Source: Candidatus Cloacimonadales bacterium (lineage in GTDB: Bacteria > Cloacimonadota > Cloacimonadia > Cloacimonadales > JAFGVF01). Taken from it: a stretch of DNA of 64,000 bases. Position 1 is the first letter of the stretch, and each line of letters starts with the position of its first letter. Below, piece after piece: positions 9,317 to 20,038 of the stretch. Made by a program: the position numbers and the translations under genes. Location of the stretch: the NCBI GenBank assembly GCA_963667035.1, contig OY762964.1:32001-96000 (forward strand), read 5' to 3'. The notes below the pieces were generated by a model. That model searched no databases and was not told where the DNA came from. It was given only the letters and a program-made list of their open reading frames with translations.

Positions 9317-11671
9317 TTACTTAAGGAGTATTACACGCTTGATATCTTGTTGTGAATCAGCATTCAATTTGATAAGATATGCACCGGATGCAACTCTCTT
9401 ATTGTTTGAGTTATTACCATTCCAAACAAAGGAACCGTTTGTGTCTGAATTAACATGACCAAGATTATAACTGTTAACTAATTGTCCTCTTGTGTTGTAT
9501 ATATCAATGCTTACATTAGAGCTGTTTCTAACATAATACATAACAGTAGTGGTAGGATTGAAAGGATTAGGGCAGATAGATTTGATTCCTGTAAATTCAG
9601 TAATAGAACCAACATCTCCTCCACTATTCTCACTAATTAAAAGAGATATTGGACCATAGAATGTGTTTGTCCCGTCAATCTCAACAGATTCTAACCAGTA
9701 ATAGAACTCACAGTTTGTTTCGAATTCTTTATCAATAAATGAATAAGAGTTACCGACTGCACTATTAGTAGGTAAAACTATAGATGAGTTTAACAAAACT
9801 GAGTTTCTTAATACTTCATCCGTAGCTCTATAAATGTTAAAACCTGCTAAATTACTTTCAGATTGAGTAGTCCAATTGATTTCAGCTAAGTTATCAGATG
9901 TTGCAACAGCATCAAAGTATGAGAGAGTCACAGGTAATGTTTCGCCGTCAGAGAAGGTAACTGTAAGTGTTCTGTCTGAACGACCTGAAATAGGTGCTCG
10001 AAATGTATAAGTATACTGGGTAAGTCCTGCAGCTTCTTCAACGACACCTTCGACAGAGTCGAATAATTCGGAGATTGTTTGTCCGTTAGATGCGATAATC
10101 ACAAAAGTAGGATATGAACTATCAGGAACAACAACGTCTTCGTTATCATTAAATATTGTACCGTTATGTTTAGTAATTCCGGAACCACCTAACTGAATAG
10201 TAACTTCTCTACTTGTAGCTGCAGTTGTAAATGATCTCTGAGAGCCGTAAACTGTACCATTTGCCGTTGTTGCATAAGCTACATAATAGTAAGTAACACC
10301 TTCTGTTAAGCTACCGATAGTTGTATTAAAAATACCATTACCACTACCTGCACTATAAACAGAACCCATGTTTACAGGATTGAAGTCCATAGTTGTACTA
10401 ACTTTGAAACCTCTAGCTGTAATTGTTCCGTTAGCATTGAATACATTGCCAGTTACATTAGCTGAAGTAGCTGTAATATCAGTAGCAGCTAGAGTTGTAG
10501 TTTGGATTTCGGCAACTATTGCAGCCGCAGTTGTAAAAGATATGATGTTTTCATTCTCAGTCGGAGCAGTTGTATAAACTTGGTTGCCGACTCCACCATT
10601 GTAATCACAAACCATTATACGATAGTCTGTATTGTTAGTAAGATTGTTAACTGTTACTGAGGAAGCAGTACCATCATAAACTGAGACCCAACCGGATGTA
10701 CCTATCTGGTCTCCTGCACCAAAAGAATTATTTGCATAGTAAGTTACTGAGTTTACCGGAATCGGTGAACCACTGTTTGTTTGTTTCATGAATACAGCTC
10801 TTCTGATTGCAGATCCATTGTCCCAGTCGATTGTAACCTGATTACCAACATTATTGTTTACAGCAATGTTGGTACTAGGTTGGAACACTGCAACGTCTCT
10901 ATTTGATTCAACCCAGTTAGAGCTTGATCCACTAAGAGCAAAGTTAGTTAAATTACCATTATAACCATTTACTGAAGAATCCATGAGTGTTGCTACAGTA
11001 GAATTGTCACCACCAGCAACGCCTTGGTTAAATTGGAAATACATGATTAGATTCGGCTCATTACCTGTAAGAATTGAATTCATACGATCAACTACTTCTT
11101 GCTGAGATTTAGCGTCAGACCAGAATCTAACTTCGTCCATTTTACCTTCGAATGGGAACTCTCTGCCTGCAGAAGCATTTTCTGCACCCAATAATACAGG
11201 ACCTGAATTATTAGGTGTTGTAATGGGGTAATCTCCATAAAGATTATATAATGGTACAGTGTTGCCATTCACATACAATTTAATTTTATCTGAATCTATA
11301 GCTTGAGTTCCGTCAAAAATCATAGCCAAATGGAACCATTCACCTGTATAGATAGGTTCTGTATCTGTGTAAACATAAACACCGGGTTGAATTGCTATTC
11401 CGAGGTTTCCTTCAGTTGAGTATAATTGGAATTGAATTCTCTGACCGGCTCCTGCTTTTGAGAAAAAAGTTCTCCAAGTTACCCAATCATCGATTCTTAC
11501 CCACATTTCAACCGAGAGTTTTGACACTCCATCAAATTCATCAATATCACCTAAGTTAACATAATCATTGTCTCCGTCAAAATGGAGGCAATTGTCAGTA
11601 CTCCATAACATAGAACTACCAAGTAAAGTTAGAAATAAAAGACTAAGAATCACTGTTAATTTTTTCATCAT
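9317..11671 (-). CDS. secreted LamG (concanavalin-like) + FN3-like protein with C-terminal FlgD-Ig/T9SS-type module
   Basis: Signal peptide. LamG motifs LHFDGDNDYV...EWFHLA...FEGKMDEVRFW. C-terminal TLPVTLSYF and PNPFNPTT...IYNTRGQLV...WNG...VASGAY. Confidence 0.85.
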   Translation of the reverse strand: MMKKLTVILSLLFLTLLGSSMLWSTDNCLHFDGDNDYVNLGDIDEFDGVSKLSVEMWVRIDDWVTWRTFFSKAGAGQRIQFQLYSTEGNLGIAIQPGVYVYTDTEPIYTGEWFHLAMIFDGTQAIDSDKIKLYVNGNTVPLYNLYGDYPITTPNNSGPVLLGAENASAGREFPFEGKMDEVRFWSDAKSQQEVVDRMNSILTGNEPNLIMYFQFNQGVAGGDNSTVATLMDSSVNGYNGNLTNFALSGSSSNWVESNRDVAVFQPSTNIAVNNNVGNQVTIDWDNGSAIRRAVFMKQTNSGSPIPVNSVTYYANNSFGAGDQIGTSGWVSVYDGTASSVTVNNLTNNTDYRIMVCDYNGGVGNQVYTTAPTENENIISFTTAAAIVAEIQTTTLAATDITATSANVTGNVFNANGTITARGFKVSTTMDFNPVNMGSVYSAGSGNGIFNTTIGSLTEGVTYYYVAYATTANGTVYGSQRSFTTAATSREVTIQLGGSGITKHNGTIFNDNEDVVVPDSSYPTFVIIASNGQTISELFDSVEGVVEEAAGLTQYTYTFRAPISGRSDRTLTVTFSDGETLPVTLSYFDAVATSDNLAEINWTTQSESNLAGFNIYRATDEVLRNSVLLNSSIVLPTNSAVGNSYSFIDKEFETNCEFYYWLESVEIDGTNTFYGPISLLISENSGGDVGSITEFTGIKSICPNPFNPTTTVMYYVRNSSNVSIDIYNTRGQLVNSYNLGHVNSDTNGSFVWNGNNSNNKRVASGAYLIKLNADSQQDIKRVILLK

Positions 11672-11942
11672 TTCTCCTTTGTTTTTGTCTTTTAAGATTG
11701 GGATTGTTTTCCCCGGATAATAGTCTCATACGATATGAATTGATTTCTTTCAGAATTTCAGAGCTATTCTGTAGATTGTATTCTCTTGTAATATTAATGA
11801 AGTTGTTATCATCAAGTGAAACAGTAAAACAATAGCTACTAGATCCGTTAAATCTAATCTTATACACATCACTAACATCAACCATGTGATTAATGATATG
11901 TGAGAAATCATCCGTTTTTTTTACATCTTCCTTTGTTTTCAT
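11643..11942 (-). CDS. small hypothetical protein upstream of and overlapping the LamG gene
   Basis: Open frame of about 100 codons. The track's TTG start coincides with a sigma-54 promoter, so ATG 11942 or 11885 is more likely. Confidence 0.35.
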   Translation of the reverse strand: MKTKEDVKKTDDFSHIINHMVDVSDVYKIRFNGSSSYCFTVSLDDNNFINITREYNLQNSSEILKEINSYRMRLLSGENNPNLKRQKQRRNDEKINSDS

Positions 11943-11955
11943 CACTATATTTAAC

Positions 11956-11972
11956 TGCATACTTTGTTCCAA
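11956..11972 (-). promoter_or_regulatory. sigma-54 (-24/-12) promoter
   Basis: TTGGAACAAAGTATGCA matches GG-N10-GC and lies directly downstream of a bEBP gene. Confidence 0.7.
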
Positions 11973-12062
11973 ACATAAAGAATCATGAACAACTATTCAT
12001 AATGGATTGTAAAATAGGGTGTTGACTTGTTTTAATGCTCTTGGAAGGATGATCTGTTTAAT

Positions 12063-12113
12063 GGTTCAAAATGAGCTATAGGCTCAAATTGAAAGGTCAA
12101 ATTGAGCCTATAG
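12063..12113. promoter_or_regulatory. putative bEBP upstream activating sequences / palindrome
   Basis: Three TCAAA(A/T)TGA boxes within CTATAGGCTCAA...TTGAGCCTATAG, about 100-150 nt upstream of the sigma-54 site. Confidence 0.55.
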
Positions 12114-12130
12114 TCTAAATAGTAGTATTA

Positions 12131-14260
12131 TTAGAGAGAATAGTCTTCTCTAATTTTCTTGTATTTTCTTTTAAAAGTGGAGTAAGAGATTCCCATCTGT
12201 TTTGCTGCCTTGGTTTGATTTCCTTGGCAATCTTCCAGAGCTTTTAGGAGAATCTGGGATTCAAGAGTATGGATATTTTTACATGTATTTAAGTTATTTT
12301 TATTGATACTCTTTTCAAGTGTATGCATCTGGATTTTAAAATCTTCAGGAGTAAGACGATTTCCTTTTGTAAAAATCATTGTTCTTTCTATCATATTCTT
12401 TAACTCTCGAACATTACCTGGGAAAGAGTAATCATATAAGCAGTTAAGAACACTTGGAGAATAAGCAGGCATTGATTTATTCATTTTTGAAGAGAATTGC
12501 TTTAAGAAGTATTGAAGGAGTGGCTCAACATCCTCTCTACGTTCTCTTAACGGTGGTATGTTTATCTCAATTGTGTTAATCCTATAGAGTAGATCACCTC
12601 TGAATTGGTTCTCTCCAATTAGTTTGTTTAAATCTTTATTTGTTGCAGAAATCAATCTGAAATTGACGGATAAGGACTTGTTCGAACCTAATCTTTTTAT
12701 CTGCTTTGTCTCTAACACTCTGAGGAGCTTTGCTTGTAGACCTAATGGCATATCACCAATTTCATCTAAGAATAGGGAACCGTTGTTAGCTTCTTCGAAA
12801 TATCCTGGTCTACTATAGATTGCTCCTGTAAAAGCTCCTTTTACAAATCCGAAGAACTCGCTTTCTGCCATACTTTCTGGTATTGAGCAGCAATTCACAT
12901 CTATAAATTTGCCTATTTTATAAGAATCGGAATAATGAATAAGTCTTGCAACAATCTCTTTACCTACTCCACTCTCGCCAGTAACTAGGACTCTTGTATC
13001 TTTATAAGAGGCAGCTTCAATAGCAAGTCTCCTAACTTCCTTGATACTATCACTTTCACCTACAAATCCCGTGTTCATAACCTTTTTTAGTTCATCGGAA
13101 ATCAATGATTTCTCCTGACGTAAATTATTAATGCTCTTAGTTGTTTTCTCATACTTTTTCTGAATCGTAGTAAGCTGTGCTTTGAGATCTTGTTGGTACA
13201 TATCATCTTTCATCTCATCATATTTCAATCGATAGTCCATAGCTGTTCTATAGTCATTCTTAGCAATATAAATATCGCTCATTAATTGATAGCAATCCTT
13301 CATCTCAAACTTAACATTTGATTTCTCAGAGAGCTTAAGACTTTCTTCAATTCTCTTTAAAGCTTCATTGTATTTACCCTGATGATAATATATTGAGGAT
13401 ATATGCTTAATAATAGGGGCTTTGTATCTGATTCTTCCGGTCTCATTAGTTAACTCAAGAGCCCTTTGATAATAATCCAAAGCTTTATCATATTGCTTTT
13501 GGTCTTCTAAACAACCACCCAGATTGTTCAATAACACAATCTTATGATTGATAGGAGTATTCTCATTAACTTCTCTTAAAGCTTGAAAGTAGTATTCTTG
13601 AGATTTTTCTAAGTCAAAATTACTGTATGTAACTCCTAAGTTTAGTAATGCTGATATCTTACCTGAATCACCAAGTACTTTCTCTTTCAGTTTCAATGCA
13701 TCTTGGAAGAAAGCAATTGATTCATCGTATTGTTTTAGTTGACCATAGATTATCCCGCAAGCTTCAATCGCATTTATGTAGCTGAACCATGAGCCTCTAT
13801 CCTTTACTAAATCCATTTTGTTTTGAATCTTGTTAAACACTTCAATTGCCTCATTAAGATACTTTAAGGCTATGTCAAAGATACCTTTACTTCTGTATAG
13901 AAGCCCCATATCAGATTTAATTTCTGCTACTTTGACTACAATTTCTTTATGTTTATATATATTGAGGGCTTTTCGGTAGTTTTCCTCTGCTTCATCGTAC
14001 TCCTCACTAAAACTGTAATATTTACCAACACTACTAAAATTGTATGCTAATTCCAGTTCCATACCCGGTTTCATCATTTGAGGGATAATCTGTTCAAGAT
14101 AGTATATACATTTCTCAATTTTACCATTCTTTTGGTAGTGTTTTACTATCTCTTGCCCTAATTCTATTATAGTTTCTCTCTTATTCTCAATGATCGCTTT
14201 CTCAAATCTTTTTTCTATTAGTGAAATCGGAGTTTCATCATTACTCATCAATATCTCCAT
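12131..14260 (-). CDS. TPR-domain sigma-54-dependent transcriptional activator (bEBP, Fis-type HTH)
   Basis: N-terminal TPRs, GESGVGKE, GAFTGA, LFLDEIGDM, FPGNVREL and a C-terminal HTH. Confidence 0.93.
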   Translation of the reverse strand: MEILMSNDETPISLIEKRFEKAIIENKRETIIELGQEIVKHYQKNGKIEKCIYYLEQIIPQMMKPGMELELAYNFSSVGKYYSFSEEYDEAEENYRKALNIYKHKEIVVKVAEIKSDMGLLYRSKGIFDIALKYLNEAIEVFNKIQNKMDLVKDRGSWFSYINAIEACGIIYGQLKQYDESIAFFQDALKLKEKVLGDSGKISALLNLGVTYSNFDLEKSQEYYFQALREVNENTPINHKIVLLNNLGGCLEDQKQYDKALDYYQRALELTNETGRIRYKAPIIKHISSIYYHQGKYNEALKRIEESLKLSEKSNVKFEMKDCYQLMSDIYIAKNDYRTAMDYRLKYDEMKDDMYQQDLKAQLTTIQKKYEKTTKSINNLRQEKSLISDELKKVMNTGFVGESDSIKEVRRLAIEAASYKDTRVLVTGESGVGKEIVARLIHYSDSYKIGKFIDVNCCSIPESMAESEFFGFVKGAFTGAIYSRPGYFEEANNGSLFLDEIGDMPLGLQAKLLRVLETKQIKRLGSNKSLSVNFRLISATNKDLNKLIGENQFRGDLLYRINTIEINIPPLRERREDVEPLLQYFLKQFSSKMNKSMPAYSPSVLNCLYDYSFPGNVRELKNMIERTMIFTKGNRLTPEDFKIQMHTLEKSINKNNLNTCKNIHTLESQILLKALEDCQGNQTKAAKQMGISYSTFKRKYKKIREDYSL

Positions 14261-14637
14261 GTTTTCATAAAATGACCTTATACCATTATTAAACTATATA
14301 GTTTATGCCTACTTTAATATACTATAAAGCGTTTTTCTGAAGTGTAGTCAAACTTTTTTTACGTAAGGTAAAACTATTAACATTATATTAAATCGATATA
14401 AATAAGGATAGTATCAAATGTAACTATGTGTTACTTAATATAGTTACAAGAATGAATGCATTTCATTATTGGGTATGGGAATAACTGCAAAATCTCAATT
14501 GTCATTGACAAAAAAGAGTCTGGTATTAAAGCGAGCAAAATGTGTGTAAGAGTTTTGGACAGTCATGTTTGATTTGCCTGGCTCTGCCTATTCATGCTAA
14601 GAAAAAAGATTAAGACAAATAAATACATAAGGAGAAA

Positions 14638-15072
14638 ATGATGCCTATTTCAACATTAAAATTAAGTGCAAAAGTTGGTGAAGGATTCAAAACCGAAGTA
14701 AATTGTTCCAACAATTTCATTATTGATCAACCAAAAGCTATGGGTGGAGAAGGACTGGGACCTAATCCTATGGAAATTTTTCTTGCTTCTCTTCCTGCTT
14801 GCATCTGTGCAATCGGAAGAATCGTTTCAAATCAGAAAAGGCTTAAGGTAAGAGGAATAGAAGTAGAAGTAGAAGGTGATATTGATAAGGATTTCCTTAT
14901 GGGAAAAACCGAGGAGGGGCGAGCAGGATTTACAGAGATAAGAGCTTATGTGAATATTGATGCCGATATGACTAATGAAGAAAAAGAGGAATACTTGGCA
15001 GAAATTACAAGAAGATGCCCAATTGCTGATAATATAATGAATGCTAGTGTAATAAAAGAAGAGATTAAGTAG
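14638..15072 (+). CDS. OsmC/Ohr family protein
   Basis: DQPKAMGG..GPNPME..LPAC and RCPI, with a TAAGGAG RBS. Confidence 0.9.
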   Translation: MMPISTLKLSAKVGEGFKTEVNCSNNFIIDQPKAMGGEGLGPNPMEIFLASLPACICAIGRIVSNQKRLKVRGIEVEVEGDIDKDFLMGKTEEGRAGFTEIRAYVNIDADMTNEEKEEYLAEITRRCPIADNIMNASVIKEEIK

Positions 15073-15155
15073 TATAGCTACTTACCATATACTATGAGGG
15101 ATTAATCTTTGCGAATACCGGGAGATTGATCCCTATTTCTTATCAATTAGTGTAA

Positions 15156-17480
15156 TTAAAAACTCAGTTCATACTTTTTTATTCTTCTCGATAAAGCATA
15201 AGATGATATCCCAAGAAGTTTTGCTGCTTTTGTTATTACATTTTTGGACCGTGCCATGGCAATACATATATATTGCTTCTCAATATCTTCCAAATCAAGA
15301 TTTTCTTCACTCTTATCTAGCGATGAATTTACACTGTTGGTGAGGAATACATCATCAGATTCAATCTGTTCATTCTTACAGAAAAGTATAAGCCTTTGAA
15401 CGATGTTTTTTAACTCCCTAATGTTACCCGGATAGTTGTAATTATAAAGCTTAGTGAGGGCCTCCTGAGTAATGCTAGGAACTTTTGCATTCATTTCTTT
15501 GGAAAAGTGTTGGAGATAGTATTTTACTAACAGTGGAATATCTGATTTTCTTTCTCTTAGAGGAGGTAGATTAATTTCAATTGTGTTTATTCTATGATAT
15601 AGGTCGAATCTGAACTTCTCTTTTTCTGCCAGTTCAGCAACATTTATGTTAGTTGCACAAATCAATCTGAAATCAACACTTTTTTTAGCAGTATCTCCTA
15701 ATGGTGTAATTTCTTTTGTCTCTAGGACTCGAAGTAACATAGATTGTATCTCAATAGGCATTTCTCCAATTTCATCAAAGAATAATGTACCATGATCTGA
15801 TTTTTCTATCAAACCTTTATGATTATCCGTAGCTCCGGTGAAAGATCCCTTCTTATGTCCGAATAGGGAACTTTCAGCAAGGCTTGTAGTAAACACAGCA
15901 CTGTTGATTTCAACAAAATCATTGTTGCTCCTGATACTTGCATGATGGATGAGTCTTGCAATTGATTCTTTTCCTGTACCTGATTCTCCTAGAATTAGGA
16001 CATTAGCATGATTCTTTGATGCTATAAAAGCTTTCTCAATAATATCTTGTATACTTTTGCTCGTTCCTATAATAGGTAGACCAATTGCTCCATTTATCTC
16101 ATTCGATAGTAGAGACATACCACCCGTATAAATGTAATGAGTCTTTTGACCGGAGGAAACAAGTTGCCTCTCTTCCGTTTCTTTATCTAATCTAGATTTA
16201 TCCGCTTTAGCCTGTTTTAAGATATTAATCTCTTCTAGTAGAGTTGCATGAGCCAGTTTATAGTTCCCTTTTTTTTCGTGACAATAGGCTATCTTGTGTT
16301 TCAATCTTTCTTGAACAAGAAAATCTGCACTTTTCTTAGCTAGTTTGTCGGCTTTTATTAGTATTTTCATAGCTAAATCAAGTTTATCTAAATCAATATA
16401 TACTTCTCCCAATGTCTGAAGTATCAACATCTTCTTTTTTAGATTATTGTCTTTCTCAGCATATTCTAAGGCTTTATTTAGTCTTTTGATTGCATCATCA
16501 TAGTTTTTAAGTTTCCAGTCGCAATATCCTACGCTACTATAACTACTCATAAGTAGCGGAATAATCTGACTTTTCTCAGCATATTCCAATACTTGAATAT
16601 CATATTTTCTTGATTCAACAAAGTTATCGAAACTGGTGTAGCAAGCACCAATATTTGCTAATATTGAATAATATAGTTCCGGGTTCAATTTTCTTACCCA
16701 ATCCAGCTTTATTTGAAACAACAGATTGAGGGCTTTATCAGTTCTGTTTGTTCTATAATAATTCATTGCAATATTTGATTTAATTATTATGTGATTAATG
16801 GTTGGCTTTGTGCTATCTGAAAGACTTAAACTACTCTCGTAATACTTAATTGCTAAATCATATTTTCCTGTGCAATGACTTAATCTACCTAGTGCTGCAT
16901 AGGCATACTCTAATGCAATATCCGAGTTATGTCTCTTTGCGAATTCCAAAGCTTCGTTATAGTACTCTTCTGCCTTTATGTAATCACCTTTAAATTCATA
17001 GATATAGCCAACATTAGTGTATCTTTGGGGAATATCGAGTGAATCAGTTTGATTTATGATATTGAGAGATTCATTAAGATATTTCAATGCAAGTTCATGT
17101 TCATTTTTTAGCCAATATACATAACCATAGGCTTGCAAGATATTGGCAATCACTTCTTTGTCACTAATAAGTACTTTTAAGCTATCATAGACAGGTTTGA
17201 ATCTATCAAATGCTTGTATATCCGAAATATTTCTAATTCTTAAGAAAAGATATTTTAAAGCCATTCCCAACTGTATCTTTATATCCTCATTCAGATTTGG
17301 ATCAAACTTGAGAAAATCTTTAACTAACTCATGCATTTCTTCAAAGTATTGATAGAGATACTCAGGTTTCTCTTTGAAAGCATCTTTAATCAATTCACTA
17401 TAGATTCTAATTTTATCTATCTTGCCTGATTTCTTTAACAAAGCTATTTTTTCATCAATATTGGTCATAATACTCCGCAT
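15156..17480 (-). CDS. TPR-domain sigma-54-dependent transcriptional activator (bEBP)
   Basis: TPRs, GESGTGKE, GSFTGA variant loop, FFDEIGEM, YPGNIREL and HTH. The start may be ATG 17468. Confidence 0.92.
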   Translation of the reverse strand: MRSIMTNIDEKIALLKKSGKIDKIRIYSELIKDAFKEKPEYLYQYFEEMHELVKDFLKFDPNLNEDIKIQLGMALKYLFLRIRNISDIQAFDRFKPVYDSLKVLISDKEVIANILQAYGYVYWLKNEHELALKYLNESLNIINQTDSLDIPQRYTNVGYIYEFKGDYIKAEEYYNEALEFAKRHNSDIALEYAYAALGRLSHCTGKYDLAIKYYESSLSLSDSTKPTINHIIIKSNIAMNYYRTNRTDKALNLLFQIKLDWVRKLNPELYYSILANIGACYTSFDNFVESRKYDIQVLEYAEKSQIIPLLMSSYSSVGYCDWKLKNYDDAIKRLNKALEYAEKDNNLKKKMLILQTLGEVYIDLDKLDLAMKILIKADKLAKKSADFLVQERLKHKIAYCHEKKGNYKLAHATLLEEINILKQAKADKSRLDKETEERQLVSSGQKTHYIYTGGMSLLSNEINGAIGLPIIGTSKSIQDIIEKAFIASKNHANVLILGESGTGKESIARLIHHASIRSNNDFVEINSAVFTTSLAESSLFGHKKGSFTGATDNHKGLIEKSDHGTLFFDEIGEMPIEIQSMLLRVLETKEITPLGDTAKKSVDFRLICATNINVAELAEKEKFRFDLYHRINTIEINLPPLRERKSDIPLLVKYYLQHFSKEMNAKVPSITQEALTKLYNYNYPGNIRELKNIVQRLILFCKNEQIESDDVFLTNSVNSSLDKSEENLDLEDIEKQYICIAMARSKNVITKAAKLLGISSYALSRRIKKYELSF

Positions 17481-17631
17481 GCATTTTCGCTCTACTAAAC
17501 ATTATCGCTAGCGATATCGCCGTTTTGCTTTTATTTTAGCATTTTGAATGATGTGTCAAACTATTTCTATAAATTTGTTAATGTTATAGATAACAAGAAA
17601 TTAGATGGGTGGTACTAATAGTATGAATTGT

Positions 17632-17648
17632 TTGGTTGTTTTCTTGCT
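17632..17648 (+). promoter_or_regulatory. sigma-54 (-24/-12) promoter
   Basis: TTGGTTGTTTTCTTGCT matches GG-N10-GC and sits about 33 nt upstream of the ATG of the divergent secreted gene. Confidence 0.6.
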
Positions 17649-17680
17649 CCTTTAATAGGTAATTAATTAGGAGGAAACAT

Positions 17681-19942
17681 ATGAGATTTGTTCAGAAGTT
17701 AACAGTTTTGCTAATATTTATAATGTCTTTTTACACATTGATGGCAAGAACAGTAAAAAAAGATAACTCAGTCAAAAAGAGTAATATCAATCTGATAACC
17801 AATAATCCCGGTGATCCGGTATACATTGATTATAAGGTTAGAACAGATGATTACTATGCTCAGACTAAAGAAGGCAACATTTTTCAAGGGAATGCCGATC
17901 CTGTTTGGCAAGTTAAAGGACAGTTAGGTACATCTATCAATGAACAATCTTGGACAGAATGGGTTAGTATAGCAGATGCTCCCGGTTCTCAGGCATACAA
18001 AAACGGAGCTTGGTACAATCGTTCGTTGACTGAATGTTGGAGTGGGAAATCTCTTTCTAATGCAGATAATGTTTATATTAGAATCCAAGGTTATGAGAAT
18101 GAGGATTCAAATGTTCATTCATATTCAAGCACTAATGACAGCTATTATAGTACTGATACTGATGTACATACCAATCTATCTGATACAGTAACCAGAAATC
18201 AATGGAAAAACTATATCAATTCTGAATCAGGTAATGGTGATTACGTAGATTGTGGTTCAGGAAGTAATTATAATTACTATAAAGTAGAGTTTGATGTCTG
18301 GTGGAATTATTCACTACCCGTAAATCCCCAGTTTTCTATCATTAATCCAACAACAGATGGTTTCAGTATCAATCTAACTGACTTAAACAATTATAGAGTT
18401 ACTGAATGGGGATATCAGTTGAGTTGGGATCCTAGTTTTAACAATATAGCTTTTGCTGATGATTTCTTAACAAGTGACACTGAGATTATTCATGGATTAA
18501 GTAATAATACTACTTATTATGTCAGAATACGAGGATCAAATGAAGCAGGAACAGGTGCATTTACATCTGGGATGAGTTTTCAAACAGCACCATTACATGC
18601 TACTCATATATTCCCTATGGATAGTACTTCGGATATGCCAAAGCTGGTTACAGTGAATTGGAGATATCATGGAGAAGGAAATCCTCTTGGATTTAAAGTT
18701 TTTCAAAATAATATACAAGTGGGGAATGATATTGATTGGAATGGTAATAATCTTTATTCTCAAAGGCTAAACAATGGTAACTGGGGAGAAACAATAGATT
18801 GGAGTATTGTACCATATAATGAATCCGGAGTATGTGATACTCCAGTTACAAGTAGTTTTACTATCATGAATGAACCGGAAAATTCTCATGACGTTCCTGC
18901 TTCTGTTGTTTATACAGAGATTAACGATTATACCGGTACTAATCCTGATCCTATAACTTTACCTTCAATTGATTTGGGAGAAGGAGATGTAAATCCTTCA
19001 ATTGATCTTAGTTTCGATGAAAGTGTCTTTGATTTTACTTCTGAGATACGAGTATTGGATCAACCAATAAATCCATTACCACAATCATCCAATTGTGCGA
19101 CTGCAATTTTAGTAGATTTACCTGTGTATGTTTCATCAACTTTAACTCTCAATTATAACGGTAGTACAATACCTTCCGAATTAGTTCATTGGAATGGATC
19201 ATATTGGGAGGATGTTACAGTCTCAGCAGGAGCTGTGTTTAACATAGGAATGGTAACATTTACTTGGACTTCTACCGGACGAGGAATAGAGGAATTTGCT
19301 GTTAATAATGGAGAAGCATCAACTTTACCGATTATTCTTTCATCATTTACTGCTGCAGCTATTCAGTCTGATTATGTTCAGATTGATTGGATTACTCAAT
19401 CTGAAGCAAATCTGTTAGGATTTGATGTTTACAGAAATTCCACAAGTGAAGTTCGAGATGCAATTAAACTTAACGGTGAACTTATAAATGCCAATAATTC
19501 TTTAATCGAAAAGCATTACAGTTATACTGATAGTGAGATAGAGAAAGAATGTACTTATTACTATTGGCTATCTACTCATGAGTTTGACGGGACATTAAGT
19601 TATCATGGGCCGATTGAAGTTAAGATTGCTGACGATGATAATGAAGAATTACCGGAAATAGAATTATCTACCAAAGTGATTGGTAATTATCCTAATCCGT
19701 TTAATCCAACAACCAATATTCAGTTTTCAATATGTGAAGAATCGAATGTTATTGCGAAGATATATAATAGTAAAGGGCAGCTAATTTTAGATTATGGGAT
19801 TAACAAGTATGCTGAAGGTAAACATTCAATATTCTGGGATGGAAGAGATAGTAATAAAAGAGCAGTAGCTTCCGGTATCTATTTTGTTAACATTAAAATT
19901 GGTAAAACTAGTTTTATCCATAAAATGACTATGATAAAATAA
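17681..19942 (+). CDS. secreted FN3-containing protein with C-terminal FlgD-Ig/T9SS-type module
   Basis: Signal peptide, FN3 motif GLSNNTTYYVRIRGSN, TLPIILSSF and NYPNPFNPTT...WDG...VASGIY. Confidence 0.85.
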   Translation: MRFVQKLTVLLIFIMSFYTLMARTVKKDNSVKKSNINLITNNPGDPVYIDYKVRTDDYYAQTKEGNIFQGNADPVWQVKGQLGTSINEQSWTEWVSIADAPGSQAYKNGAWYNRSLTECWSGKSLSNADNVYIRIQGYENEDSNVHSYSSTNDSYYSTDTDVHTNLSDTVTRNQWKNYINSESGNGDYVDCGSGSNYNYYKVEFDVWWNYSLPVNPQFSIINPTTDGFSINLTDLNNYRVTEWGYQLSWDPSFNNIAFADDFLTSDTEIIHGLSNNTTYYVRIRGSNEAGTGAFTSGMSFQTAPLHATHIFPMDSTSDMPKLVTVNWRYHGEGNPLGFKVFQNNIQVGNDIDWNGNNLYSQRLNNGNWGETIDWSIVPYNESGVCDTPVTSSFTIMNEPENSHDVPASVVYTEINDYTGTNPDPITLPSIDLGEGDVNPSIDLSFDESVFDFTSEIRVLDQPINPLPQSSNCATAILVDLPVYVSSTLTLNYNGSTIPSELVHWNGSYWEDVTVSAGAVFNIGMVTFTWTSTGRGIEEFAVNNGEASTLPIILSSFTAAAIQSDYVQIDWITQSEANLLGFDVYRNSTSEVRDAIKLNGELINANNSLIEKHYSYTDSEIEKECTYYYWLSTHEFDGTLSYHGPIEVKIADDDNEELPEIELSTKVIGNYPNPFNPTTNIQFSICEESNVIAKIYNSKGQLILDYGINKYAEGKHSIFWDGRDSNKRAVASGIYFVNIKIGKTSFIHKMTMIK

Positions 19943-20038
19943 ACTCTCTGAACGATTAAGTTGTATCTCACTTAACTGTGGATACATGTTAAGGGCTGTT
20001 GAATATATCATCAGCCCTTTACATATATGCTAAGCGTA

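Noticed and set aside
14530..14600. Hairpin in the osmC leader as a riboswitch
   Set aside because: It is a single weak stem with no terminator or recognisable aptamer.
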